From: Candidatus Poseidoniales archaeon
GTDB taxonomy: Archaea; Thermoplasmatota; Poseidoniia; Poseidoniales; Poseidoniaceae
Direction of reading: 5' to 3'
DNA length: 59,486 nucleotides
NCBI GenBank assembly: GCA_003602535.1
Contig: QQSA01000075.1
Location: 3,853-63,338 of the forward strand
In this document: positions 10,101 through 19,001 of the stretch, one piece after another
How positions within the stretch are numbered: the stretch's first letter is position 1
Layout of the letters: the number at the start of each line of letters is the position of its first letter
Made by a program: the position numbers and the translations under genes
Notes under the pieces: model-generated
Seen by the model: only the letters and a program-made list of their open reading frames with translations
Databases searched by the model: none
Told to the model about the DNA's origin: nothing

Positions 10101-10943
10101 ACTACTCAATACTTAGAAAATGGAGATATTAATCCGACATTTGGGTGCTCAATTTCTGAAATAGATACCGATAATGATTTGGTTTTCGACGATCAAGATG
10201 ATTTCCCTTATGATTCAACTCAATGGGCAGATTCTGACGGTGACGGATATGGTGATAATTCTGATGGAAATAACGGGGATGATTGTCCTAATGCTGCTGG
10301 AAAATCATTCAACGACAAATTAGGTTGTTATGATTTCGACAAAGATGGTTGGTCGTCAGATGGCGATTTCAATGATAATGACCCAACTCAGTGGAATGAT
10401 ACAGACGGTGATGGCTATGGTGACAATTGGAATGACCCGGCATGGAATGATTCTAGGACTATTGGAGAATTTATTCCAAAAGCAACACAACCAGATCGCT
10501 GTCCAAATGAAGCATCAAATCTTGTTTACAAGGAGACACAAGGTTGCTTAACCGCAGAAAAGTCTGATGAAGACGATGTATCTGGCGACGCTAATTCAGG
10601 GGAAGATTCGAATTTGTTCACAATTCTAGCGATAGCTGCAGCTGGAATCCTAATGATTCTTTTTGGTGCGATTGCAGTTTTGATTAGAAAGAAGCCTGCC
10701 CAGAATAGAAGGCCCAGTGGTAATAAGAAAGTTGAACTAAATATGGAATCTGAATCTCAGGAGTTACCGGGTGAAATGATTCAAGTTACGACCGAAAAAG
10801 AAGTTAATTTTGTTGAGACATGGGAGCAACTACCTCCGGGTGAATGGATGCCAACTGACGAAAATGGAGTCAATTGGTACCAAGATAATGATGGAAGGCA
10901 TTGGTATTCTGATGCCGATGGTTTCAGAATTTGGGAACAGTGA
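7107..10943 (+). CDS. Large cell-surface protein: signal peptide, WD40 beta-propeller, PstS-like substrate-binding domain, TSP3-like repeats, TM helix, Trp-rich tail
   Basis: MRKATFLSMLMLCVIF signal; SPDG/WD repeats (ISPDGRYIATGSNDNTIKI); GSIGF..GDWPL..FLKFLLTDLGQ..MGFV PBP-like C-terminus; many DxDGDG repeats; TM LFTILAIAAAGILMILFGAIAVLIRKK. Confidence 0.85.
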   Translation: MRKATFLSMLMLCVIFSPISSSLDGDGDGIDDSIDICPFAAGTANSTAGLGCPDSDGDGIADFEQAVMQNWGDSIRENTDYGTVGSEVYGLAWAQNNSMFYAGGKDNDVHIFDSLGNHQNLLYSMPGDIYDIAASPDGQHLVVASGNGGCRVIDSTTGTLVADLWNNTTNNGVFEVAWSNDGSRIIAGGYDSIVKWFDTSNWTLEREISILPGWISGIDTTPDDRLVVFSSNNQLRAYWSNNGTLALNMTNHTDYIRTLSISPDGRYIATGSNDNTIKITDIANQSVVQTIDASSDVYDVDFSPDGGTLVAARGRQSSMFAYRTDTWTSIGEMEDFGSGNNNRGVYSVSFDSTGEVLAVGWRRGYTSIQMSPDAYIRVHGDHYTALMESAWRSSYPTTDESVRVWKHDRVETSLAVCDSKKYIGSSTNGVSPQYAIKDSNYSENGMWNCKNTAGQILEIPFGRAAGALMVKSGGPTESCVQSIGGLSMAQVRWITSAQSKSTLTTDGEMPGLVWSSVVPNDDSNGIPEWRDLDPSCPDKEIVLSHRWENRTDTTILKETVLCANCAETDSLYTSTSSRYRAIAGEFRSDVTQGVAASGAEGSIGFTELIYSLNNGAGTYIVPLVDNYTHGVVDAISDGGLAINASLNSSKSGDWPLQTDMRAFVATSQLAKNIDFLKFLLTDLGQLKWEQMGFVGLGVWDLYSSWAKLGVNMSYLLPDQDSDGVWDEQDNCPDTELGLNVDEDGCADSQLDSDLDGFTNDLDDCIEVSGTSTLGSTGCPDTDNDGWADVNDSHPGDINEWNDTDMDSFGDNSDDCVDVQGNSTEDLIGCVDTDGDGWSDLGDHFPDNSSEWVDSDMDEYGDNIDEFPNEKTQWIDSDGDGFGDNKSGLEGDDCIDVSGTSHQEGIFGCIDSDSDGWADSIDDLPSNPNQHRDADGDGVGDSVVSESLGYYDYCIDTPLEEISEVDSNGCAPSQVDSDGDGFFNDMDQCPDSKTLIQVNTTQYLENGDINPTFGCSISEIDTDNDLVFDDQDDFPYDSTQWADSDGDGYGDNSDGNNGDDCPNAAGKSFNDKLGCYDFDKDGWSSDGDFNDNDPTQWNDTDGDGYGDNWNDPAWNDSRTIGEFIPKATQPDRCPNEASNLVYKETQGCLTAEKSDEDDVSGDANSGEDSNLFTILAIAAAGILMILFGAIAVLIRKKPAQNRRPSGNKKVELNMESESQELPGEMIQVTTEKEVNFVETWEQLPPGEWMPTDENGVNWYQDNDGRHWYSDADGFRIWEQ

Positions 10944-10978
10944 GAAGTCTCAAATGTATTCGCCTTTTATTGAATGAT

Positions 10979-11719
10979 ATGAAGGGAGCATATCTGGTAA
11001 CTGGCGCATCAAGGGGTATTGGAAAAGAGATAGCGAAGTCAATAGCTAGTAGTGGATTTCCAGTTATTGCATTGGCTAGAGAAAGTATCGATCTAGGGGT
11101 TACAGGAGCCGAACTAGCAGACATAAATCAGGATTCTATAACTATCTCTTGCGACCTCAGTGATCGTGCGGATATATCGTCTGCAGCAACAGTGATTTCA
11201 AACCGTTTTTCTCATCTCTCAGGAATTGTTCACAATGCGGGAACAATCCATCCAATTGAAAATATGCTTGATGTTGAGAGGGCCGATTGGGCCAAGTCAA
11301 TCCAAGTAAATTTGATTGGAGTCCAAGATCTAACAACACGTCTTAACAAAATTTTAGGTGGTGATTTGCACACTAGAATAACGACGATTTCCAGTGGTGC
11401 TGCGAAGCGTTCTATTCATGGATGGAGTGCGTATTGTGTCTCAAAAGCAGGATTGGATATGTGGGCTTTGTGCATGGCAGAAGAGGGTGCATCTCGTAAT
11501 ATTTCAGCAATTTCAATCGCACCAGGAATTGTTGACACAGGTATGCAAGAAGATATTCGTAATGCTGATGAAAAATCATTTCCAGCATTATCAAACTTCA
11601 TCGATTATTATACGAATGGAGATTTAACTAATCCAGTTGATGTGGCAGAAAAGTTGCTCCCGTATTGTCTCGGTAATCTTGGAGAAAATGGTAGTAGACT
11701 TGATGTTCGCAATTTATGA
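10979..11719 (+). CDS. Short-chain dehydrogenase/reductase (benzil/sepiapterin reductase-like)
   Basis: TGASRGIG, HNAG, SSGAA, YCVSKA (YxxxK), APGIVDTGMQ. Confidence 0.9.
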   Translation: MKGAYLVTGASRGIGKEIAKSIASSGFPVIALARESIDLGVTGAELADINQDSITISCDLSDRADISSAATVISNRFSHLSGIVHNAGTIHPIENMLDVERADWAKSIQVNLIGVQDLTTRLNKILGGDLHTRITTISSGAAKRSIHGWSAYCVSKAGLDMWALCMAEEGASRNISAISIAPGIVDTGMQEDIRNADEKSFPALSNFIDYYTNGDLTNPVDVAEKLLPYCLGNLGENGSRLDVRNL

Positions 11720-11784
11720 GTAGTTGCACGATTCAATGGCAACGGTCATAAGCCCGAACCATAGCCTAAGGGCGAGGGAGACAA

Positions 11785-12171
11785 GTGCCAGGTACGACCC
11801 GTGTAGAAATTAGAACATTGAAGGTCGGACGATACTGCTGTGTCGACGACAAAGCATACAAGATAAATTCCATTTCAAAATCGAAGCCTGGAAAGCACGG
11901 TTCTGCTAAGGCACGTCTGGAATTAGTAGACATTTTCACAGGTCAAAAGATCTCACATGTAGGAAGCGTAACCGATTCAATCAACGTACCTCTAATCGAG
12001 AAAGGTACAGCAATGGTGACCCATATAGATGGCTCTGAAGTTCACGCAATGAACATGCGAGATCACTCGATGATGATCCTACCACTTGAAGATGGTCTAG
12101 ATGTTGACGGAGGGACTGAAATCATGTGGATGGAAGCTCTAGGTCTCTACAAGATTATCCGTGACCATTGA
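11785..12171 (+). CDS. eif5a: Translation factor aIF5A
   Basis: SKPGKHGSAKAR hypusine motif; GTG start preceded by GAGGGAG. Confidence 0.95.
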   Translation: MPGTTRVEIRTLKVGRYCCVDDKAYKINSISKSKPGKHGSAKARLELVDIFTGQKISHVGSVTDSINVPLIEKGTAMVTHIDGSEVHAMNMRDHSMMILPLEDGLDVDGGTEIMWMEALGLYKIIRDH

Positions 12172-12197
12172 AATCTCATTTCTAAAAGGTGCGAAAA

Positions 12198-14567
12198 ATG
12201 GGTGTCAAAAAGTCTGCGTATCGCCAGCCGGTTACACCGGAGGGTTTGAAGGCTATCGAAAGAGGCACTTTGACTTGGCTCGACGACGAGATGTACAACA
12301 ACCTAAACACAGGTGTTCTCGAACAATATTTGGAAGAGAAGAACCTAGAAGAGGCGTTCGAAGTCTCACATTGGGATACCAAAAAGGTCCTGCTAGGAAT
12401 TGCAATAGGTGCGGTGTTCTCTGGAGTAACTGCATATATTGGGCTAAAACTTGGTCTTGCTATCTCAGCGGCTTGGTATATTGCATATGTTTTGGGTATG
12501 GCTTTGAAATGGTCTCCATCCGAAGTTAATATCGCAACATCTGCAACTACCGGTGCAACTCACGCATCTACTGGATTCATCTTTACCTTCCCTGCAATCT
12601 TTTTGCTAGCAGCAGATCCTCAATATTCGTTGGCCGATGGTCCGTTGATAGTTCTTGGTTCAGGAGAGACTCTTCGATTAGCATTCGTTGGTATTGTTGC
12701 TTCAATGTTTGCAGGATTCTTGGGTGTAATGTACTTCATTATATTCAGAAGAGTATGGTTAGTGGAAGATCCTCTGCCTTTGCCTGGATTCGAAGCGACA
12801 CTCAAAATGCTAGATATCGCTAGTGATGTTAGTTCAGGGGCAGTCGAACATGCAAGAGACTCACTGAAGACAATTGGAGTCTGGACCGGAATCACCATGC
12901 TAGCATTATTCCTAATAGAATATCCACTAATTTATGTGAAGGGTAAGACCCTTGCACTTACTGATTATTTGGCTGAAATGGCTACCGGAAGTACATTTGG
13001 AGTGGCATCATTTTACTCGCATGCTAAGATTCATCAACCAGGGGAAGTGATTGGTGGAGTCGGTGCTGGACCTGCTCATTACGATGCTGAACAGTGGTAT
13101 AATCCATTCATGTATACCTACATTGGTGTTGCTTTAACTCCGTCAATGTTCGCAATCGGTTGGTTCATGAAAACACGTGTTGCATTTTTGGTTAATCTAG
13201 GTACTATCGTTGGATGGTTCTTCTTAGTGCCTCTTGCAGTGGCATTCAATGTTCCTGTCTACGAAGGTCAATTAGGAGCCAGTGTGCCTCTACAAGATCT
13301 TCCAGCAGCATTGCATGCAGTTAACCCTGCTGAATACAAAATGTCAACAGGGGCAGTCCAAATGTATGCTTTCTCAAAGGCAGTCCGTTTCATCGCAATT
13401 GGAGCAATTGTTGGTGGAGGAATATTTGGTCTTCTGAAGATGTGGAAAACATTTGCTAATATCTTTGTAGACATTGGTCGAGCATTCAAGGGAGACAGTG
13501 GCAAGGAGTATATGGAGGGCAAAGGATGGTATGAATGGCCACTTGCACACATCCCGATTTTCATGTTGCTGACATTTGGTTCGATGATTGTAATTTTCAT
13601 GTTGGGTGATTTCCCAATCATGGCTAGTATCGTGTTCTCTCTAATTCTTCTCATGACTACATTCCTATTGGGAGCAATCGCTGTCAGAGTAATGGGAGAG
13701 ACTGGAATCGAACCTGTTTCAGGAACCTCATTCATTGTTCTACTGATGTTATTTGGTGTGTTCTTGAACTTCAACGACGCACTTGGATTAACCATTCAAG
13801 AAGCTGTACTACTAGGATTAGTTGGAACCACAGTATTTGGTTCTGCGATTTCAATGTCTGGAACAGTAATTGGTGATTACAAGAACAGTCTTTACATCGG
13901 TAATCGTCCTTATCACATTTCTAAAGGAAATATCATGGGAGTCGTTCCAGGTGCAGTAATCGGTGCTGGTGTGGCGATTTTCTTAGCCAATGAATTAGCT
14001 CAAGGCCGAATTCAACTTATTGCGCCTCAAGCAAACGCATTCGCAACATTCTCTGTCATTTTCGCTGAAGGTCAAGGAGACTTGATGCTTCTATTACTAG
14101 GATTCATGCTTGGAGTCTTTGTTGAATGGGCAACAGGAATGGGTACATCATTCGGACTCGGAATGTATCTGGATGTTCCACACACTCTACCGATGTTGAT
14201 CGGTGGTGTTGCTCGTGACAAGTGGGAAGACAAGAAACTCAAGCCTCGTATTGAAGCTATTAAGGAGAAAGAAGGTACGGTTGTTGCTGAAAAGCAAAGA
14301 GCACTAATTCTTCTTGGAACTTTCATGGTTGCTGCGGGTCTTCTAACCGGAGAAGCATTCTTCGGTACAGAAAGCAGTATTCTTTCATTCATAGATTCAT
14401 TATGGTCACCTGCCTTTGGTACAAGCATTACATGGCACTTCTTGAGACTTGGAAGCTTTGTCATGCTGAATGTAGTGATTGGTTATCTAATCTATGCACT
14501 GTTCAAGAGAGCAGGAGTCATTGGCGGCTCTGATGAGGCCCAAGATGCAGAATTAATAGAGGCGTGA
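12198..14567 (+). CDS. OPT/YSL-family oligopeptide transporter
   Basis: YIGLKLGL, GFIFTFPA, many TM helices, GETGIEPVSG, APQANAFA, SFGLGMYL, GLLTGE; AGGTG before ATG 12198. Confidence 0.9.
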   Translation: MGVKKSAYRQPVTPEGLKAIERGTLTWLDDEMYNNLNTGVLEQYLEEKNLEEAFEVSHWDTKKVLLGIAIGAVFSGVTAYIGLKLGLAISAAWYIAYVLGMALKWSPSEVNIATSATTGATHASTGFIFTFPAIFLLAADPQYSLADGPLIVLGSGETLRLAFVGIVASMFAGFLGVMYFIIFRRVWLVEDPLPLPGFEATLKMLDIASDVSSGAVEHARDSLKTIGVWTGITMLALFLIEYPLIYVKGKTLALTDYLAEMATGSTFGVASFYSHAKIHQPGEVIGGVGAGPAHYDAEQWYNPFMYTYIGVALTPSMFAIGWFMKTRVAFLVNLGTIVGWFFLVPLAVAFNVPVYEGQLGASVPLQDLPAALHAVNPAEYKMSTGAVQMYAFSKAVRFIAIGAIVGGGIFGLLKMWKTFANIFVDIGRAFKGDSGKEYMEGKGWYEWPLAHIPIFMLLTFGSMIVIFMLGDFPIMASIVFSLILLMTTFLLGAIAVRVMGETGIEPVSGTSFIVLLMLFGVFLNFNDALGLTIQEAVLLGLVGTTVFGSAISMSGTVIGDYKNSLYIGNRPYHISKGNIMGVVPGAVIGAGVAIFLANELAQGRIQLIAPQANAFATFSVIFAEGQGDLMLLLLGFMLGVFVEWATGMGTSFGLGMYLDVPHTLPMLIGGVARDKWEDKKLKPRIEAIKEKEGTVVAEKQRALILLGTFMVAAGLLTGEAFFGTESSILSFIDSLWSPAFGTSITWHFLRLGSFVMLNVVIGYLIYALFKRAGVIGGSDEAQDAELIEA

Positions 14568-14571
14568 TACA

Positions 14572-15495
14572 GTGTCCCGCACACCTCCACTGGTGTGGGG
14601 TTTGTTAGTTGCAGGAGTATTTGGCGTATCCTCTGCAGGTGCTATTTTATCACATCTTGATTCTATTCCACCATTGATGCGTGCATCATGGAGATTACAA
14701 ATTACAGTTCTGATGTTATTGCCTTTTGCAATATGGCAGTATCGTGAGATGAGTATCGATAATCGTAGCAAACTGCTAGAAAGAAAAACAATTCTAATCG
14801 TTCTCGGTTCAGGAATTGCTTTAGCTGCTCATTTTGGAACTTGGGTTACATCACTTGATCACACTTCTTTAGCGCACTCATTGCTATTCGTTACTAGTCA
14901 TCCGATCATCATTGTAATCGGAACAGCAATACTGGTTAGAAAACCACACAAGCTCGAAACTACTGGAGCTCTAATTGGATTGGTTGGTGCAGCGATAACT
15001 CTTCTCGATGCCAAGAATGATGGTGATGTCACTCTATGGGGAGACATGCTTGCATTTTTGGGTGCTGTCACTGTTGTTGGTTACATCGTTGCAGGCAGAA
15101 TACTTCGTGAATGGATGCCGGTTTTCGTGTATGCGGTTCCTGTAACTCTAATCGGTGGAATATTGTTGATTCCATTTTCAATAATCATGGGTGAGGAAAC
15201 TGCTGCACTTGGTTGGATTGAATCTGATTTGCTCTCATGGTTCATATTACTAGCATTTTTAGCCGGTATAGTCGGACACACAGGTCTAAACGCATGTCTA
15301 CGTTGGTTACCTCCGCTAACAATATCATTTGCAGTCACTTTAGAGCCTATCATTGGCGCATTTATCGGATGGTTCTTCTTCAACGAAGACATCCCTGGTG
15401 AGTGGACTTGGATAGGAGGATCAATACTCATCGTGGGTATACTGTGCGTGATTAAGGGAGGTGCAGAAAATGTCGTGGATACTTCTAACGAATGA
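14572..15495 (+). CDS. DMT/EamA-family transporter
   Basis: About 10 TM helices; LAAHFGTWVTSL, WGDMLAFLGA, GHTGLN, LEPI. Confidence 0.88.
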   Translation: MSRTPPLVWGLLVAGVFGVSSAGAILSHLDSIPPLMRASWRLQITVLMLLPFAIWQYREMSIDNRSKLLERKTILIVLGSGIALAAHFGTWVTSLDHTSLAHSLLFVTSHPIIIVIGTAILVRKPHKLETTGALIGLVGAAITLLDAKNDGDVTLWGDMLAFLGAVTVVGYIVAGRILREWMPVFVYAVPVTLIGGILLIPFSIIMGEETAALGWIESDLLSWFILLAFLAGIVGHTGLNACLRWLPPLTISFAVTLEPIIGAFIGWFFFNEDIPGEWTWIGGSILIVGILCVIKGGAENVVDTSNE

Positions 15496-16396
15496 TGATG
15501 GAATTGATGCAACTAGTTTACAGATTCTCGTAGATAGGTTACATGAGAAGGGACACAAGTTGGTAGTATTCGCTCCAAGTGAAAACAACTCAGCTGTTAG
15601 TATGAAGATTTCATTAGGAATTCCTTTGACAGTGGTCAACAGAAATGATCCACGAGAGAATGTTCACCAGTATGCAATTGGCGGAACTCCCTGTGATTGT
15701 GTAATTGCAGCATTGGATGGGGGATTGAGGAAATTACTACCAGGAGTCATTCCAAAATTAGTGGTCAGTGGAATCAATCTCGGTCCTAATATGAGTCAAG
15801 ATGCATACCATAGTGGTACAATGGCTGCCGCAAGAGAAGCAGGAATGTATGGAGTACCTGCAATTGCATCTTCATGGTCATCATTCGATCCAGAGGGAAT
15901 GGAGGTTTCAGTAGATGCAACTGTCAAATTGGTGGAAGCAGCATTAGCGGTTCTACCAGATATTCCTGCAAATCTCAACCACCCTCATATCGATATTAAT
16001 GAGCCACATCTTACCAGTTGGCCCAAGCCTTCAACGAGATTATGGAATGATGATCCTTTATCGGCTCTAAAGGATGCATTCGCAGCAGGAGAGATGTTTC
16101 TGAATCTCAATGTTCCACCAGAGTGGAATGGCAAGTATAGTTCTACTAGATTGGGAATGAGATGGTATCGTAATGCAATTACTTTCTCGGATGACACGTC
16201 CACATTCAAACTAGGAGGTTCAAGTATTGATGTTGATGAAGTTGAACGTGGAGATGTTGATGCAGATATGCTAGGCATGGCTAGCGTCTCTTGCTTACCT
16301 TCATGGCCACAAACCCATCCGTTGGAAATTGATGTGGATTTGTTAGCCTGGTCACTTGAAAATAGTCCTGAAGGAATGCCAATCTGGTTACAGTGA
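15470..16396 (+). CDS. surE: 5'/3'-nucleotidase SurE
   Basis: ILLTNDDG, GTPCDCV, VSGINLGPN, SGTMAAAREA; GGAGGTG upstream. Confidence 0.92.
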   Translation: MSWILLTNDDGIDATSLQILVDRLHEKGHKLVVFAPSENNSAVSMKISLGIPLTVVNRNDPRENVHQYAIGGTPCDCVIAALDGGLRKLLPGVIPKLVVSGINLGPNMSQDAYHSGTMAAAREAGMYGVPAIASSWSSFDPEGMEVSVDATVKLVEAALAVLPDIPANLNHPHIDINEPHLTSWPKPSTRLWNDDPLSALKDAFAAGEMFLNLNVPPEWNGKYSSTRLGMRWYRNAITFSDDTSTFKLGGSSIDVDEVERGDVDADMLGMASVSCLPSWPQTHPLEIDVDLLAWSLENSPEGMPIWLQ

Positions 16397-16442
16397 TTGC
16401 TATCGACAAATATTATCGAATACAAACTGTAGTCGTAAGAAT

Positions 16443-16586
16443 ATGGTTTCGCAAAATCAGTGGAAAGTAATAGGAGAATTTATGGATGAGACTGCAAGGA
16501 ATTTACGAATAATTACTTTTGTGATAGTATTCTCTTTCATTGCTAATATCTTTGCAGGAATATGGTTTATCTCTAAATTCAGTTGA
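16443..16586 (+). CDS. Possible small single-TM protein
   Basis: Short ORF filling the gap after surE, ending in a hydrophobic helix IITFVIVFSFIANIFAGIWFISK; start uncertain. Confidence 0.35.
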   Translation: MVSQNQWKVIGEFMDETARNLRIITFVIVFSFIANIFAGIWFISKFS

Positions 16587-17172
16587 GATTAATTCTGAAC
16601 CCTTCGTCTAGGATGAAGTGAACAATTGCGATGCATGTGTGTCCTTGTAGCCAAGACTTTCCGAGGCTTCTCGGAGTTCCTCTTTCGCACTCTAGTGGCT
16701 TATCATCTCCGAGTATGAATCCTATGTCTTCAATAGAAAAATCACTTGGAAGTACTCCGGAATATAGATTTTCAGAATCTGCTTCTAGTCTGATTGTTGG
16801 GCAATCCCATTCATCTAAAGTCATATCTAAATCACCACCTCCATCATAGATTCCAGGACTTCTTTCAACCCAGTGGCCTCGTGGTGGAATTGGCTCCTTG
16901 ATTACCGCTGCAATCTTACCGGCAACCGCTCTCTCTTCGGCATGAACTCCTTTCAATTCATTTGATACAAACTTGATTCTTCTTGCAGGTCCAGGTCCTC
17001 CTAGCAATATCATTGTAAATTCAACATCTTCTCTAATTCCATGACTTGTTAGTACTGAGGACATCAAGGCTCTAACTAAGACATCCATTCTACCTGCTCC
17101 ACCTGCCATGTCATTCAATGGCAACTTTCCCTTTGCCATTGCACGGGTTCCAACTATTACAAATCGGCGCAA
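16579..17172 (-). CDS. trmY: tRNA (pseudouridine54-N1)-methyltransferase
   Basis: LNDMAGGAGRMDVLVR, SHGIREDV, FILGD, SLGKSWLQGHTCI; TTG start after AGGTGAT. Confidence 0.88.
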   Translation of the reverse strand: MRRFVIVGTRAMAKGKLPLNDMAGGAGRMDVLVRALMSSVLTSHGIREDVEFTMILLGGPGPARRIKFVSNELKGVHAEERAVAGKIAAVIKEPIPPRGHWVERSPGIYDGGGDLDMTLDEWDCPTIRLEADSENLYSGVLPSDFSIEDIGFILGDDKPLECERGTPRSLGKSWLQGHTCIAIVHFILDEGFRINLN

Positions 17173-17176
17173 ATGA

Positions 17177-18358
17177 TCACCTATTGTTCTCAATCACAGA
17201 ACGTATAGCATCGCACATATCCGATTCTTTTTCAAGAATGAAATGAGCTCCATGTGAATCAACAAGCCATCCTCTAGGCTTGTCTTCTTTGCCATAATCT
17301 TCTATTCTATTTGCGATAGTTGCATTCATTCCTGAAGTCTCAATCTGGGCTACAGCACGATGAACCAAATCTTTCTGTTTGATTCCACTTTCCAACTTGA
17401 AACCGATTCTAGTGGAACCTTTACACAATTCTTTCAATTCCATTATGTGCTTTGCACCTTCTTGTAATTGGATATCTAGTTGGCCCTGAAGTGATGCGAT
17501 TTTACCTTCGACAGGTTTAGGAATCACATAATCGAGTACTGCAGCTGCATGAATCCAGACATTGATACTGTCTTTGGTTAGAGCTTTCAATTCAGCCAAC
17601 ATATAATCGGGGTCAGGGCATTTAATCTCCAAAGGTAACCAACTTGGACATTCAACGGTCGTAACTCCACTAACGCAAGTTACATCCATTCCGTGTCGGT
17701 ACAAATCATCTGCAATTAGATAGCCTGTACGCCCACTTGATGTATTTTGAACAAACCTAACATCGTCGATTGCACTTCTGGTTGCACCTAAGGTGACAAC
17801 TACCGATGTTGAATTTTGATTGACAAAGTTTGCCAGTCTTGCTACAGTTTCTTCGTGATTAGGGTTTTTCCTTTTCCCTTCTTCTTCAGCACCCCATAGG
17901 ATTCTAACTCCGGATTTGACACATTGCATGACCAAATCTTCAGTCACAGGATCGTTTGCAAGATCATTATGCATTGAAGGTACCATCATTATTGGAGTAT
18001 TCCTACCTCTTGCTGCAGAGAGTGCCATCAAGAGTGGACCGTTCATTAATCCATGAATAAACGACGCCATTATATTGCGAGTGGCAGGAGTTACAAGTAC
18101 GGCATCAAAGTTTGACAACCCGGAAAGATCTCCATCCCAATCGGTAATAACCTCGCCTTGTGAAGCCCAACGAACAGCGAGTGGAGTTACAATTTCCTGA
18201 GCAGATGGTGTCATAATTACTGTCACTTCAGCACCATGACGTCTCAATTCGCGAGCAAGCCTAACGGTATCGACTGCAGCGATACCACCAGTGACGCCCA
18301 ACAATATGTGACGGCCCTGTAGGGAATCACCACGGAGCTCGACGTCGGTGTCTCGCAT
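17177..18358 (-). CDS. coaBC: Bifunctional phosphopantothenoylcysteine decarboxylase/synthetase
   Basis: LLGVTGGIAA, PAT.N, PSMH, IDDVRFVQNTSSGRTG, AAVLDY, GFKLE. Confidence 0.92.
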   Translation of the reverse strand: MRDTDVELRGDSLQGRHILLGVTGGIAAVDTVRLARELRRHGAEVTVIMTPSAQEIVTPLAVRWASQGEVITDWDGDLSGLSNFDAVLVTPATRNIMASFIHGLMNGPLLMALSAARGRNTPIMMVPSMHNDLANDPVTEDLVMQCVKSGVRILWGAEEEGKRKNPNHEETVARLANFVNQNSTSVVVTLGATRSAIDDVRFVQNTSSGRTGYLIADDLYRHGMDVTCVSGVTTVECPSWLPLEIKCPDPDYMLAELKALTKDSINVWIHAAAVLDYVIPKPVEGKIASLQGQLDIQLQEGAKHIMELKELCKGSTRIGFKLESGIKQKDLVHRAVAQIETSGMNATIANRIEDYGKEDKPRGWLVDSHGAHFILEKESDMCDAIRSVIENNR

Positions 18359-18432
18359 GTTTGGGGCACAAGCACCTGCTTCAATACGGCTTCGCCGGTT
18401 GTTTCAACAACAAATGACCCTTCGGGGGGGGT

Positions 18433-18993
18433 ATGTCGAGTGCTGATGACATGGTCTTAGCAGGTTCTAGGCCGTCTAATACTAATCCAATTGATTCGAC
18501 TCATAATCGGATTGCAACAGTATTGATTTTTTATTCAATCAATCTTTTCTTAATTCCAAGTTTGATTACTTTAGAAGGTCCTTACAATTACTTGAAGTAT
18601 ATTCCAGCCGTTACCTGTATATTTGTATGGTCTTCATACAGAAATAAAGCAGATTGGGCCTACTGGATGGCACCTTTAGTAATAGGAACATGTCTTTTCC
18701 TATTCTGGGTATCTGTACTACTATTTGCGCCATCTATTTTGTTTATTTTGTTGATGGGTTGGGTTACTTTCTCTGGTGTGAGAATGATAAGAATCCATTT
18801 CCATCCGGTCTACAAGATGGGTTATAGCGGTCATTCAGTTTACAATGAGAACATCAATCTAGCTGCAAATGAAATGTTAGCAGCATGCCCGACATGTCTA
18901 GCAGTTCTAGCAGTGAATCCTCTACTGTTATCACCTGAGGACAGATGTCCTCATTGCGATTCGCCATTAGTTTTCGGGAATGAAGAGGAATGA
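18433..18993 (+). CDS. Hypothetical membrane protein (about 4 TM helices) with a C-terminal zinc ribbon
   Basis: Hydrophobic helices followed by CPTC..CPHC. Confidence 0.7.
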   Translation: MSSADDMVLAGSRPSNTNPIDSTHNRIATVLIFYSINLFLIPSLITLEGPYNYLKYIPAVTCIFVWSSYRNKADWAYWMAPLVIGTCLFLFWVSVLLFAPSILFILLMGWVTFSGVRMIRIHFHPVYKMGYSGHSVYNENINLAANEMLAACPTCLAVLAVNPLLLSPEDRCPHCDSPLVFGNEEE

Positions 18994-19001
18994 GTTCCTA
19001 A

